This document shows positions 27,599 through 37,611 of a DNA stretch of 60,070 nucleotides, one piece after another; the first letter of the stretch is position 1, and each line of letters starts with the position of its first letter. A program made the translations under genes and the position numbers. This DNA is from Planctomycetota bacterium (GTDB lineage: Bacteria > Planctomycetota > GCA-002687715 > DRQF01), in the NCBI GenBank assembly GCA_036479435.1, contig JAZGFI010000292.1, positions 1 through 60,070 on the forward strand. The letters run 5' to 3'. The notes under the pieces were generated by a model that worked only from the letters and a program-made list of their open reading frames with translations, was not told the origin of the DNA and made no database searches.

Positions 27599-28279
27599 AT
27601 GTCAAAGAGCCGAGGCGCCGCATCTGCGGGCGGCGCGCCCAAGGAGCCGCAGTGGGAACCATCGCCACCAGATGCCATCAAGGCGTGGCTCGAGGGAAAG
27701 GGCCCCGCAGAGTTCGCGGCGCTCGAGCAGGAAGGCCGGCCGCTCTATCCGGAGGCTATCCATCGCCACAACCCCAAGAGCGGGAACATGGAGCAGATCG
27801 ATGTGATGCTCCGTGTGCCCACCACCATGGAGCAGCTCCGGGCGAGAACCAACACGCTGGACTACCTGCAGCAGCATGCGGGTCTCGATGCGCGTCCGAC
27901 CAAAGTCGAGTGCGAAGCGCTTTGGGGAGAGGACTACTTCGACAACACCGACACGGTCTTCTTGCTGGAACTCTGCGTGCTCGACGTGGAGCCACTGGCC
28001 AACGGCGTCAGGCCTCCCTACATGCGCGCGGAGTTCCTGGACAAGATGCATCCCCGCGCCTCGCTTCATGCGATCTACGAGAGGCTGAACTTCTATCAGG
28101 CCATCGAGGATCCTCGCGTGACCGAGCTCACCGAAGAGCAGTTCGGGCAGACCGTGGCCGCCATCGCCAAACAGAGGAACCTCTCCCCTTTAGTCGTTAT
28201 CGATGGGCGCGCTCACGCGAGCTTCGTGATTTCTATGGCAGAGCGCCTTACGACCTTTCTGACGGCTGCATCTGGCTAG
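27599..28279 (+). CDS. tail assembly chaperone
   Basis: Between tube and tape measure; contains a slippery site. Confidence 0.75.
   Translation: MSKSRGAASAGGAPKEPQWEPSPPDAIKAWLEGKGPAEFAALEQEGRPLYPEAIHRHNPKSGNMEQIDVMLRVPTTMEQLRARTNTLDYLQQHAGLDARPTKVECEALWGEDYFDNTDTVFLLELCVLDVEPLANGVRPPYMRAEFLDKMHPRASLHAIYERLNFYQAIEDPRVTELTEEQFGQTVAAIAKQRNLSPLVVIDGRAHASFVISMAERLTTFLTAASG
28186..28192 (+). other. -1 programmed frameshift heptamer C CCT TTA; extended product ends at 28452
   Basis: X XXY YYZ in the chaperone frame; the -1 frame is open to 28452 and overlaps the tape measure start. Confidence 0.75.
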
Positions 28280-28435
28280 CGATCCATCGAGACTGCGACG
28301 CAGGCACATTCCAGCGCGACGGCATCGGCGCCATCATGTTCCAGGACGACTACTGGACGATGGTCAGCAAAAGCATTCGACACGAACGCAAGCGCGTCGC
28401 CAGAGGGGACACCGATCCGTTCGTGCAGATGACGG

Positions 28436-30595
28436 GTGGCCGACGTGGGTGATCGCAAAGCAACGATCCGGCTCAACGTCAAGACCGACGGCTTCAAGCG
28501 CGGGATGAAAGACGCCGAGGCTGCGGCTGACAAGGCGGGCAAGGGTGCTGGGGATGCCATCGCCGACAACATGAACAAGGGCGCGAAGGCCGGCTTCGCC
28601 GCGCTCAAAGGCATGTTTGACTCCATCAAGACGCTGGCGGGCACAGCGGCCGGGCTGCTCGGCGGCATCGGGGTAGCGTCGCTCACACAGGGCGCCATCG
28701 ATGCACAGAAGCAGTTCAAGGCGATGGCATTCAACGTGGAGGACAGCCGCGGCAAACTGATCAAGTGGCGAGACCTACAGCGTGATGTGCAGCGCGTGGC
28801 CGTTCGCACCAAGGTCGACGTCGACAAACTCGGCGCCGGATTCAAGGCTGCGTTTCAAGAGACCGGCGATGTAGACTTCGCGAAGCAGACCCTTGAAGCG
28901 GTGGCGCTGACCTCGCGCGAGAGCGGGGAATCGCTCGAGGACATGGGCAAGAGCGCCGGCGTGCTCCAACAGAAGTTCGGCCTGACGTCTGCGCAGGTCG
29001 GCGACGGCCTCGTGCAGATGGTGAACGCCAGCAAAGTCGGCGGCGCGAGCTTCCGAGATCTCGCCGAGGACTTGGCAGAGATCGGAGGCAAGGCGAAGAC
29101 CCTCGGCCTGCAGGGCCCCGAAGGGCTCAAGAAGATGCTCGGGTTCCTCAACCTCGCCAAGCAGGAAACAGGGAACTTCCAGCAGGCGATGACCGCGCTG
29201 CCGCAGATCTTCGATCAGATCATCGAGCGCACGAGCGAGGGCGTAGTGAAGAGCTCCGGTAAGATCCCGATCAAGGTCCAGGCGGTGGACGCGCAAGGCA
29301 ACCCGAAAGATCCCTTTGCCATCATCCAGGACATCATCAAGCAGACCAAGGGCGACGCGGCCAAACTCGGTGAGTTCGGCTTCGGTGGTGAGGGCTTGCA
29401 GACGTTGCTGGGCATCGCCAAGGGCTTCCGGACCGAGCTCGCTGCCACCGGCGGAGACGTCGACGCAGCCAGCGCCTCGTTCGCGAAGAGGTTGGACGAG
29501 GCCGCGGGCGCCACCGGCGACTTCGCCGACGTGCAAAAGAGCGCTGCCGACGAGACCCCTGCCGACCAGATACAGGCTGCCATCAACCGACTGAAGGTTG
29601 CCTTCACACAACCCAAGATGATCAACGCCATCGAGAAGCTAGCGCAGAGCCTCCCCAAGCTCGCTGATGGGCTCGCCACCGTGCTGGACTTCATCCTGAG
29701 CAACCCCCTTACCTCCGGCAGCATTCTCGCCGGCGGGAGCGTGCTCAAAGCTGGGGGCGGTGCAGCTATCCAAGCGGCAATGACGGCGGGCGGCAAGAGC
29801 GCTGCCGGTGACATTGGTGGCGCCATCAAGGATGGGGGGAGCGCCTTCGCGAACACGCTGAAAGGTTCGCTCGCAGCCCTGGCCATACCCGCGATTGCTG
29901 CCGCCGTGGAGCAGATGACGCTCCTTGTGCGAGACCTTGAGGATCTGCAGAAAGATCAAAAGGACACCGACCTAAACCTCCTCGAGAACGCAGAGCGGCA
30001 AGGCCTGTCCGGCACGGTGCGCGCGGCCACCGCTGAGGAGAAGTTCAGCAGCCTCTTCGAGTCCGGATTTCAGCAGCTCTCCGATCAGGTGGAGATCACC
30101 CGTGACCCAACCACAGGCAAGGAAAAGACTCGCCGCCTCACCAAGCTCGAAGTCGCTGCCCGCAAACGCGGTCCGGAGACCGTCACCACCCGTGGCATCA
30201 ATCAGCTGACAGGCGCGACCTTTGGTGTTGAGGAAGCTGCGGCCGATAAGCGCAGGGAGAGGGCCCAGGCGGATACCCGTGCCGCACGCGAGGCATCCAC
30301 CGGCTTCTCGCGCCTGCGCGCTGCTGTCGGAGTCGAGGAGCAACTTGGTCGCCGCCTCACTGACCCCGAGGAGACGAAACTGACTCAGCGCTTCGAGGGC
30401 AGAAAGGAGGGACAAACTCAAGGCGAGTTCGTAGCCCAGTTCGTCAAGAACATAGGCAAGGAGAGCTCCAAGACAACCGCCGCCGTGAAACAGGTGTCGC
30501 AGCCAATTGTGCAAGCGATCCAAACGCTGGGGACGCAGATACAAAACGAGGGTGGTAGAAACCCTAAACCGGGGTCAGCCGACAAAGACGACTGA
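28436..30595 (+). CDS. tape measure protein
   Basis: 719-aa Ala/Gly-rich helical protein; synteny. Confidence 0.9.
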   Translation: MADVGDRKATIRLNVKTDGFKRGMKDAEAAADKAGKGAGDAIADNMNKGAKAGFAALKGMFDSIKTLAGTAAGLLGGIGVASLTQGAIDAQKQFKAMAFNVEDSRGKLIKWRDLQRDVQRVAVRTKVDVDKLGAGFKAAFQETGDVDFAKQTLEAVALTSRESGESLEDMGKSAGVLQQKFGLTSAQVGDGLVQMVNASKVGGASFRDLAEDLAEIGGKAKTLGLQGPEGLKKMLGFLNLAKQETGNFQQAMTALPQIFDQIIERTSEGVVKSSGKIPIKVQAVDAQGNPKDPFAIIQDIIKQTKGDAAKLGEFGFGGEGLQTLLGIAKGFRTELAATGGDVDAASASFAKRLDEAAGATGDFADVQKSAADETPADQIQAAINRLKVAFTQPKMINAIEKLAQSLPKLADGLATVLDFILSNPLTSGSILAGGSVLKAGGGAAIQAAMTAGGKSAAGDIGGAIKDGGSAFANTLKGSLAALAIPAIAAAVEQMTLLVRDLEDLQKDQKDTDLNLLENAERQGLSGTVRAATAEEKFSSLFESGFQQLSDQVEITRDPTTGKEKTRRLTKLEVAARKRGPETVTTRGINQLTGATFGVEEAAADKRRERAQADTRAAREASTGFSRLRAAVGVEEQLGRRLTDPEETKLTQRFEGRKEGQTQGEFVAQFVKNIGKESSKTTAAVKQVSQPIVQAIQTLGTQIQNEGGRNPKPGSADKDD

Positions 30596-30615
30596 CCCCG
30601 AACCCGAGAGAACCG

Positions 30616-31617
30616 ATGCCAGACATTGTCGAGCAGTTCCCCCCTTGCAAGTGGGTCGTAGAGGGCAAGTCGTTCACCTTCGCCATCACCTCCATCGAGG
30701 AGAGCTACAGCAACCGCCTGGTACCACACGAGCGCGTCTACCGCGACGGTGCGCGCCTCGACGACACCGGCAGCAAGGCGACGGTGTGGACCATTGCCGC
30801 CGAGTTCTACAACGACCTCGATGAACCTGGCGTCACGTTCGGTCCCTCGGTGCAGTATCCGGATCGCGTTGATGCCTTCACCGACTCGCTCAAGATCCAT
30901 GAGACGGGTGAACTCACCACGCCTACGCGCGGTAAACGCAGAGCTCGGCTCGAGAGCTACACCCGCAATGACACAGCCGACACCCGCGACCATGCAACCG
31001 TCAACCTCACGTTCATGGAGGACAACGAGGACGATGCGCGCCAGCAGGAGTTCTCCGGCGTCAATGGCGCGGGCGCGGCGCGGAAGGCTGCAGAAGAAGG
31101 GACTGATGCGGGCTACTCCGAGGGGGCCGGGGGCGGCTTTGACATGTCTGATCTGAATGAGTTCGCCAGCGAGCTCGAAGGGCTCATGAATGCGCCAGGC
31201 AACTTCGTCGGAGACATCGAGGCCAAGGCCAACGCCATCCAGCGCAAGGTCCAATCGGTGGAGGACACGTTCACCCGCAACAAGAACGAGGCAGAGACCG
31301 AGGTGACGCTCCTGCTTACCCAGCCCAGCGCCTCATTCGCGCTTCGCCGCATGCGCAGGAGCGCCGACATCGCCAAGAAGCTCGCCGACAAGAAGGCTGC
31401 CAGCCAACAACTCGGCATCACCACGGTCACGTTCCCGCGCATCATGAGCATCTACGATGTGGCCACGAAGATGGGCCAGGCTCCCCAGGAGCTCATCGTG
31501 CTCAACAGCGCCATCGAAGACATGCTGCGCATCCCTGCGAAGACACCCGTCACGGTCCTAGACACTCCAGCTGTGCGAAACGCAAAGGGTGGCGACCAGA
31601 ATGCCTCGGCGGCCTGA
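30616..31617 (+). CDS. DNA circularisation N-terminal domain protein (Mu gp43-like)
   Basis: RLVPHE..YRDGA.LDDTG...GELT.P..G; LysM-like C-terminus. Confidence 0.85.
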   Translation: MPDIVEQFPPCKWVVEGKSFTFAITSIEESYSNRLVPHERVYRDGARLDDTGSKATVWTIAAEFYNDLDEPGVTFGPSVQYPDRVDAFTDSLKIHETGELTTPTRGKRRARLESYTRNDTADTRDHATVNLTFMEDNEDDARQQEFSGVNGAGAARKAAEEGTDAGYSEGAGGGFDMSDLNEFASELEGLMNAPGNFVGDIEAKANAIQRKVQSVEDTFTRNKNEAETEVTLLLTQPSASFALRRMRRSADIAKKLADKKAASQQLGITTVTFPRIMSIYDVATKMGQAPQELIVLNSAIEDMLRIPAKTPVTVLDTPAVRNAKGGDQNASAA

Positions 31618-32734
31618 CAAAATCACCGTCGAGGCTGATGACGGCGGGGAGTTTGATGCGTTCGAGAGCATCTCCATCAAGAACGACATCCTGCAAACAG
31701 CGGAAGCTGTCCTTGAGCTCGGCGACGATGGCGCCTTCGCCGAGCTCAAGGACATCATCGCACCAGGCAACGACTTCACTGTGAAGCTCAACGGCAGGCC
31801 CCGCCTCAAGGGCCGCGCCGAGGTCAACTCGGTGCCAGTGAGCGCGCAGGGCGGGGTCAAGCTCACGCTCACGGTGCGCACGAAGATGAGCGATGCCCGC
31901 TACCGAAGCGCCGCCCCGAAGGTCAAGGTCAAGGGGGCGACCATCGAGCAATTCTTGATCGAACTTTTCGCTCCCATCGGCATCACCAAGAATGACTTCA
32001 GGTTCGCCCCCTTCACCGCCGTCGATCTCATGACGGGCAAGGCCAGCAACTCCCGGCTCGCGTTCGCGCCCGCCGAGATCAAACTCGAGCAGGCGAAAGT
32101 GAACCCACCCGAGACCATCTACAGCGCCGCCACCCGCCACCTGAAACGCTACGGAGCCACGATCTGGGACGGCCCGGACGGGAGCATCATCGTGGGTGCC
32201 CCCGATGATACCCAGACCGCCCACTTCCAGCTGCTGTGCCGCCGACCGCCTGACTCACAGGGCAACAACATCAAAAGCGCTCGCAAGCTCATCGATTGGT
32301 CCGAGGTGGTCTCAGAGCTGCAGGTACATGGCTCCACCCCGGGCAAAGAGATCAGCAAACAGAGCCTCCGCGCCACGCTCTTCGATGACGACGTGAAGGC
32401 CATTGCCGATGCAACCGGCCACTTCAGCCGGCTGGTCATCATCCGCAACCAAGCGAGCAAGTCGCAGGTGCAGGCTGACCGACTCGCGGTGCGCGAACTC
32501 AGTGCCCGCTCTCGGCGCAAAGACGCATGGGAGTGCACTGTGGATGGGTGGACCTACTGGGACGGGCACGCGCAGACCCCGTGGGCCAACAACACCGTGG
32601 CAGAGGTGGATATCGCCCCCGCCGGCGGCGCGGTGGGGTCCTACCTCATCGTGAGCACCGATCTGACCCTCTCAGTTGGGGGAGCTGTCGAGACCCGCAT
32701 GCAGCTTGTGGCGCCTGGCGTTTGGGTCATCTAA
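31601..32734 (+). CDS. baseplate hub (Mu gpP/gp44-like)
   Basis: KVNP.ETIY...W..PDGSI...GNNI...W.NNT; synteny. Confidence 0.85.
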   Translation: MPRRPDKITVEADDGGEFDAFESISIKNDILQTAEAVLELGDDGAFAELKDIIAPGNDFTVKLNGRPRLKGRAEVNSVPVSAQGGVKLTLTVRTKMSDARYRSAAPKVKVKGATIEQFLIELFAPIGITKNDFRFAPFTAVDLMTGKASNSRLAFAPAEIKLEQAKVNPPETIYSAATRHLKRYGATIWDGPDGSIIVGAPDDTQTAHFQLLCRRPPDSQGNNIKSARKLIDWSEVVSELQVHGSTPGKEISKQSLRATLFDDDVKAIADATGHFSRLVIIRNQASKSQVQADRLAVRELSARSRRKDAWECTVDGWTYWDGHAQTPWANNTVAEVDIAPAGGAVGSYLIVSTDLTLSVGGAVETRMQLVAPGVWVI

Positions 32735-32743
32735 CATCGCCCT

Positions 32744-33592
32744 ATGGCCATTCTAGATGAGCTCGCCATCGGTCTAGGACGCGTCGTTGCCTCCCAAATC
32801 AAGGGCGCCAAAAACGCTGTGCTGCTCTCGCTCAAGTTCCTGGAGGCATCCGAGGACGACGACGACAGTGGTGAGGCCCACCCCGAAGAGCCCTACTATC
32901 GAAGCCTCGGGATGTATGGTCGTCCACGGCCCGCCGTGAAGACGGCTGATGCCACCGCGAACAACCCCGAGGGTGAGGCTGAGGTGATTGCGGCCAAGCT
33001 CGATGACCGCGCCTACACGCTGGCCTTCAGAGATCTGCGCATCGACGAGAAGCTGAACCCGAAGGATGGTGAGGTGGGCATCGGGCACTACCTCGGTGGG
33101 TTCATCTCGTTCAAAGTCAACGATGACGGGGATGGCACCAACATCCAGATCTACGCCCCACACCAGGACGGCAGCGGAACGCCCGACAAGGCGCACGCCA
33201 TCTCCATGGATTCGACGGCCGGCAACTCGAGTATCTCCATCATGGCCGCCGACGGACAGTCAATCGCCATGACCAAGGAGGGCAGCGTGATCATTTCGAG
33301 CGCAGACGGCAGCGCGTTCATCGAGGTCAAAAACGGAGACCTCATCATCAGCGGCGCTTCGATCAGCTTCCCAGGTGGCGCGTTGGTAGGCGCGACGGTG
33401 CCCGGAGACGGGTTCCCCGCATGGGTCAACGACCCGTTGTTTATCACCTTTCTCGCCGACCTCATCGCCGGGTTCAACGTCATGGCGGCAGCGTTCAACA
33501 TCGCCGGACCGCTTGTGGGAGCGCCCGGCACGATCCTGAAACCGGTCCTTATCCCTCCGGTGCCATCCACAAAACTCAGTGCGGCACTGTAG
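32744..33592 (+). CDS. baseplate central spike (Mu gp45-like)
   Basis: G.Y.RP...RDLR....DGEV; beta-helical repeats. Confidence 0.75.
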   Translation: MAILDELAIGLGRVVASQIKGAKNAVLLSLKFLEASEDDDDSGEAHPEEPYYRSLGMYGRPRPAVKTADATANNPEGEAEVIAAKLDDRAYTLAFRDLRIDEKLNPKDGEVGIGHYLGGFISFKVNDDGDGTNIQIYAPHQDGSGTPDKAHAISMDSTAGNSSISIMAADGQSIAMTKEGSVIISSADGSAFIEVKNGDLIISGASISFPGGALVGATVPGDGFPAWVNDPLFITFLADLIAGFNVMAAAFNIAGPLVGAPGTILKPVLIPPVPSTKLSAAL

Positions 33593-33595
33593 TCG

Positions 33596-33895
33596 ATGGC
33601 CACCGCCTGCGTCTTCCCACCCTTCCCGACGCTGGCGTTCCCAACGCCTGCGCTTCCCCCGCTCCCGAGCTTGCCCCTGCCGCCTCTGGACATCGACCTC
33701 CCAGCGGTTCCGCCATTCCCAGCGCTGGCCTTCCCAGTTCCGGGCTTGCCCCCGCTCCCGTCGCTCCCGTCGCTGCCTCTGGACATCAACCTGCCCGGTG
33801 TGCCGGGCTTCCCCACTCTAGCGTTTCCCGTACCCGCCCTGCCCCCGCTCCCGTCGCTCCCCAGTTTGCCCACGATCAGTTGCCCGCTCGACTGA
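33596..33895 (+). CDS. Pro/Leu-rich protein with three 31-aa repeats
   Basis: FPxLAFPxPxLPPLPSLPxxP x3 with synonymous divergence; 3 nt after the spike stop. Confidence 0.65.
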   Translation: MATACVFPPFPTLAFPTPALPPLPSLPLPPLDIDLPAVPPFPALAFPVPGLPPLPSLPSLPLDINLPGVPGFPTLAFPVPALPPLPSLPSLPTISCPLD

Positions 33896-34127
33896 TCGTT
33901 TGCGGAGGCGTTGCCGGCAGCGCCTCAGGTGCCTCAGCATCGAGCCGATAGGCCATGATCGATGTGAGAGGGCCACGCATAGCCCCGCCCTCCCATCTAA
34001 AGTGGAACCATCGGCCATCGTCGTCTGACTCAAAGATGCAGAGTGTGCCCTTGCGGATGTTGCGCCATGCCCCGTCGCCTTTGATGAGCACGCTGACAAC
34101 ATCGGATGGATCGAATGGTAGACTCAT
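33876..34127 (-). CDS. small inverted moron-like gene
   Basis: AGGAGG RBS and TAGGAT -10 (34194-34189) on the minus strand. Confidence 0.65.
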   Translation of the reverse strand: MSLPFDPSDVVSVLIKGDGAWRNIRKGTLCIFESDDDGRWFHFRWEGGAMRGPLTSIMAYRLDAEAPEALPATPPQTISRAGN

Positions 34128-34339
34128 GTTGCGGCCCTCCTGATGGCCGACGTGCCCCGGGCGAGTGATTGCGTCGCGGGGTTTTTCAATCCTACACGAG
34201 GGCAGGCCTCAGAGCGACCCTAAGACGGCCACCCGTATCCCCGACGAATCATACCTGCCCACCCAAAGACGGCCTCTCAGAAGCGCTCGTGGGCAGCCAG
34301 CCCTAGTTTCGCCGCCCCGCCGGCTGCTACCCTGGCCAC

Positions 34340-34783
34340 ATGCCGCTGCCCTACGTCATCGCGCCGGCAGGCGTCACCCCAGCTAGCGCCCATGTCCCCT
34401 CGAACGTGGTCAGCGCAGCCCGCCCGCCGGCAATCCTTGCAGACAACATCGATCCGGCCACCGGCGACTTCTTCTCGCTGCTCATCCCAATCCACCCAGT
34501 GGACGCCGCCATCCAAGAGCAGTTCCGGCTCCGGCGCGGGAGTGGGGCCGCTGTGCAGGAAGACGGGCAAGCTTTTCATGAGATCCGGAAAAACACCGAG
34601 TTCGCGGCGACTGAGATCCAGCATGAGGCCCAACGGGTAATGAAGCCCTTTGTCGACCGCGGTGATGCTCTGGTGGTACAAATCACCGTGGACACCGACG
34701 AAGCTCCGGACATGGGCGCGGTCCTTGTCCGATACGTGAACCTCCGCAGCGGCCAGCCGCAGACCGTCCCCCCGAGCACATGA
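34340..34783 (+). CDS. baseplate protein (Mu gp46/gp25-like)
   Basis: IDP.TGD...RGS.....G....IRK; synteny. Confidence 0.7.
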   Translation: MPLPYVIAPAGVTPASAHVPSNVVSAARPPAILADNIDPATGDFFSLLIPIHPVDAAIQEQFRLRRGSGAAVQEDGQAFHEIRKNTEFAATEIQHEAQRVMKPFVDRGDALVVQITVDTDEAPDMGAVLVRYVNLRSGQPQTVPPST

Positions 34784-36390
34784 CTGCCCGAGCACCCGAG
34801 CGCGCCTTCGTCACCTTCCCCCGCGGCGAGATCCGCGACGAGATCCTGACCAGCATGCGCTTTGGGATGCGGCAGGTTCCCAACCCGGACACTGGGCTGC
34901 CATTCACCGAGGCTGAGATCGCAGTGGCCACCGCCCGGCTCTCGCGCTTTTGGATCGAAGCCGACTCGATCGACCTCGTACTGCTCGCCCATCAGAACAG
35001 AGACCTCTATTTTGCAGACCAGGCCCGCATCGATCGCGCTTCGCAGAGCTACCTCACTGGGTATCACGGGGTGCTGTGGGGTGAGCAGCCGCTATCCGCC
35101 GTCGGCGGGTCCGGTCCCGTAGACGCGCCGGCCACTGTCGGGACCACATTTGTGGGCTCCACCACTGTTCCAGATCCCGCGGCGGTCAACGGCACCGATC
35201 CCGCTGGGCTGAGTTACCAGGTGTTGTTCACTGTGATCGCCACCGCCGGAGGCACATCCACCGGTGCCGATGGCGCACAGTTGCAGCTCAAAGGGATCGA
35301 CACCGGGCCGGACACCAACATTGACGTGGCCGTAGAGATCGACTGGTCCAACGGTCCACCGGGCGCCCCTGCACCCGCCGTGGTCACAACCAAATTCACC
35401 GGCGGGTTCTCCGAAGAGACTGCCCGGGAGTTCGCCCGCCGACTCCTTGACCGCGTGCGCCAGAAGGAGGGCGCAGGCAACAACGCCCAGTTCCGCGCCT
35501 GGGCGCGCCAGGCGAGCACCGCGGTGGAGGACGGATTCATCTATGCCACGGCGCTCCATGCTGGCAGCGTGCGTGTGTGCGTGACCCAGAAGCGTGGCAC
35601 CACCCAAGGCCCCACCGGCCGGCTCGCCAGCGTGGGTACGCTCACCGATGTCACTGCGTTCTTAACGCCGCCCGGCTCGCCCGTGGTGCCCGTGCCTCCA
35701 TATATCGTGGTGACCGCCCACGTAGCTGAGGATGTGGTTACTACGCTCGCGCTCTCGCTGCCGTTCGGCCAGGCCGCAGGCTGGGAGGACGTCGATCCGT
35801 TCCCCTCGGTAGGCACCGGCACGCCCTTCAACACGTTCATCAATGCGATCACCACGCAAACGAGCTTCCAGATCACCCGTGGATCCGGATCCAAGGACTT
35901 GCCCGCGGGTGTCACCGCCCCCAGTCTCATGGCATGGGACCCACTGACCTCGCGATCGGAAGCCCTCAACGTCACCAGCGTCATTCTCAACGCAGGCGAT
36001 GTCTATGACGTCATCCTGAGCGCTGCACCGTCGTTCACGCTGGTGGCCGGCGGCGCAACGGTGGGGTCACGAATCTCACCCGACACGGAGCGGCGTGCGT
36101 TGATCGCTGAGACCATCGAGAGCTACTTCGATAGTCTGGGGCCAGGTGAGCTCATCGATCTGAACACCGACACCCGCAGCCACCGCGCCTTCCGCTTCCC
36201 TCGCCCCAACGAGGAGTTTCCTCAGCGCGCCGGGAGCGCCATCATCGCGCATCTTCAGGACGCTCTCGGCGCAACGCTGGCAGATGCCCAGCAACCCGAA
36301 GTCTCACCCACCACCCCCACGCTCCCCACCGACCCAGTTGACGAGCCAAGCTTGCTCGTGGCCGGAGACGTGGGCATCTACCCGGAGTAG
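34780..36390 (+). CDS. baseplate J/gp47 wedge protein
   Basis: GG..EET...ARRLL.R......GN.AQFRAWA. Confidence 0.88.
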   Translation: MTARAPERAFVTFPRGEIRDEILTSMRFGMRQVPNPDTGLPFTEAEIAVATARLSRFWIEADSIDLVLLAHQNRDLYFADQARIDRASQSYLTGYHGVLWGEQPLSAVGGSGPVDAPATVGTTFVGSTTVPDPAAVNGTDPAGLSYQVLFTVIATAGGTSTGADGAQLQLKGIDTGPDTNIDVAVEIDWSNGPPGAPAPAVVTTKFTGGFSEETAREFARRLLDRVRQKEGAGNNAQFRAWARQASTAVEDGFIYATALHAGSVRVCVTQKRGTTQGPTGRLASVGTLTDVTAFLTPPGSPVVPVPPYIVVTAHVAEDVVTTLALSLPFGQAAGWEDVDPFPSVGTGTPFNTFINAITTQTSFQITRGSGSKDLPAGVTAPSLMAWDPLTSRSEALNVTSVILNAGDVYDVILSAAPSFTLVAGGATVGSRISPDTERRALIAETIESYFDSLGPGELIDLNTDTRSHRAFRFPRPNEEFPQRAGSAIIAHLQDALGATLADAQQPEVSPTTPTLPTDPVDEPSLLVAGDVGIYPE

Positions 36391-36392
36391 CC

Positions 36393-36908
36393 ATGGGCCT
36401 CGGATTCCCCACACGACCCACCCGCCTCGCCTTTGGCCCGCTCGCCTACCAGAACCGGTTCGAGCCGCAAGAGCCCGGCAAAGAGATCGGAAAGACGATC
36501 TTCAACGGGAGCTTCTGGCAAATCGCTGGCATGGGTGTGATGTCCTTCCGCGCCTTCGCGGCCTTCGATGTGACGGGCGCTGGCGCGGTGGCCGCTACCC
36601 CCGAAGTGCACGCAGAGGCGTGGGACCCCGAGGCTGGTGTCGCTCCGGCGCTCGCCAAACAGGCGACGGGGCAAATTCGTCTCACCTATGCCGCGACCTA
36701 CCCCGACGAAACGGGTGACGCGCAAGCCACCGCCCTGGGCCCAGTGATGGCCACGGTCATGATCACTGCTGGCGCCGCCCTGCTCTATCATGCAACGGCC
36801 CAGACGCTTGCGAGCCTGCGGGAAGTGGACGTCTTCATTTTCAACGCAGCCAACCCTCCGGTTCTCGCCGATCCAATCAATCAGCGCGTGGCAGTCTGGA
36901 TCATGTAG
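36393..36908 (+). CDS. tail/baseplate protein
   Basis: GGAG RBS; synteny. Confidence 0.6.
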   Translation: MGLGFPTRPTRLAFGPLAYQNRFEPQEPGKEIGKTIFNGSFWQIAGMGVMSFRAFAAFDVTGAGAVAATPEVHAEAWDPEAGVAPALAKQATGQIRLTYAATYPDETGDAQATALGPVMATVMITAGAALLYHATAQTLASLREVDVFIFNAANPPVLADPINQRVAVWIM

Positions 36909-37600
36909 TGGGTGGCATCGGTCGACAGAACCCGATCCCATTTCAGATCGGAGGTGGCACCAGCGAGCTGCAGCGCACGTGGTTCGAGATGCGCAAGCAT
37001 TTGGGGGAAGGTGGCCCCGGACCTCTCGAAAGCCTTGAGGACCGCTGGCGTTTCGCCAAGGCGTGCGGGCTCGTCAAGGTCACGACCATGGGGCGCCGGG
37101 CGCTCATGCAGTTCTTCCCGCACCAGGCGACCGATCACCTGACGGTGTACGAGAATCTGCTGCGTGTGCCGCGCGCAACCACCGACGAAGGCAGACGCAT
37201 CGCCATCACTGCCAAGTTCACCGCGCAGGTGTCGGCCGTCATCCCGGAGGTTCGGACAGCACTCATGGCGTTCGACCCAAACATCGACGTGGTCATCCAA
37301 GTCGAGAACCAGTCGGTGCACTTCCACCCTGGCAAGATGGCGCGCCCTCGCGATGGCACTGCTGGTGCCTATGGGGTCAAGGCAGGGAGCGACTTCCCTG
37401 CGTTCTCCTCGCACTTCATCCTGACGGTGCTCTGGTCTGGTCTAGGAGCATCACCCCCCCCGACTGATACGCTCGCGGCAGTGCAGGACTATCTCAACGA
37501 CGTGCTGCCCAGTTGGGTGGACTGGCGCATCGTGACCAACCTCGGTTTCTTTCTCGACGGCTTCAATGACAGCAGGCTGGATTTGACGGCCTTCAGCTAG
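36908..37600 (+). CDS. baseplate gp48-like (DUF2313/tail I-like) protein
   Basis: P..ATD.L..YE.LL......RR...L...LPSW. Confidence 0.7.
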   Translation: MGGIGRQNPIPFQIGGGTSELQRTWFEMRKHLGEGGPGPLESLEDRWRFAKACGLVKVTTMGRRALMQFFPHQATDHLTVYENLLRVPRATTDEGRRIAITAKFTAQVSAVIPEVRTALMAFDPNIDVVIQVENQSVHFHPGKMARPRDGTAGAYGVKAGSDFPAFSSHFILTVLWSGLGASPPPTDTLAAVQDYLNDVLPSWVDWRIVTNLGFFLDGFNDSRLDLTAFS

Positions 37601-37611
37601 GAGTTCTGCAA

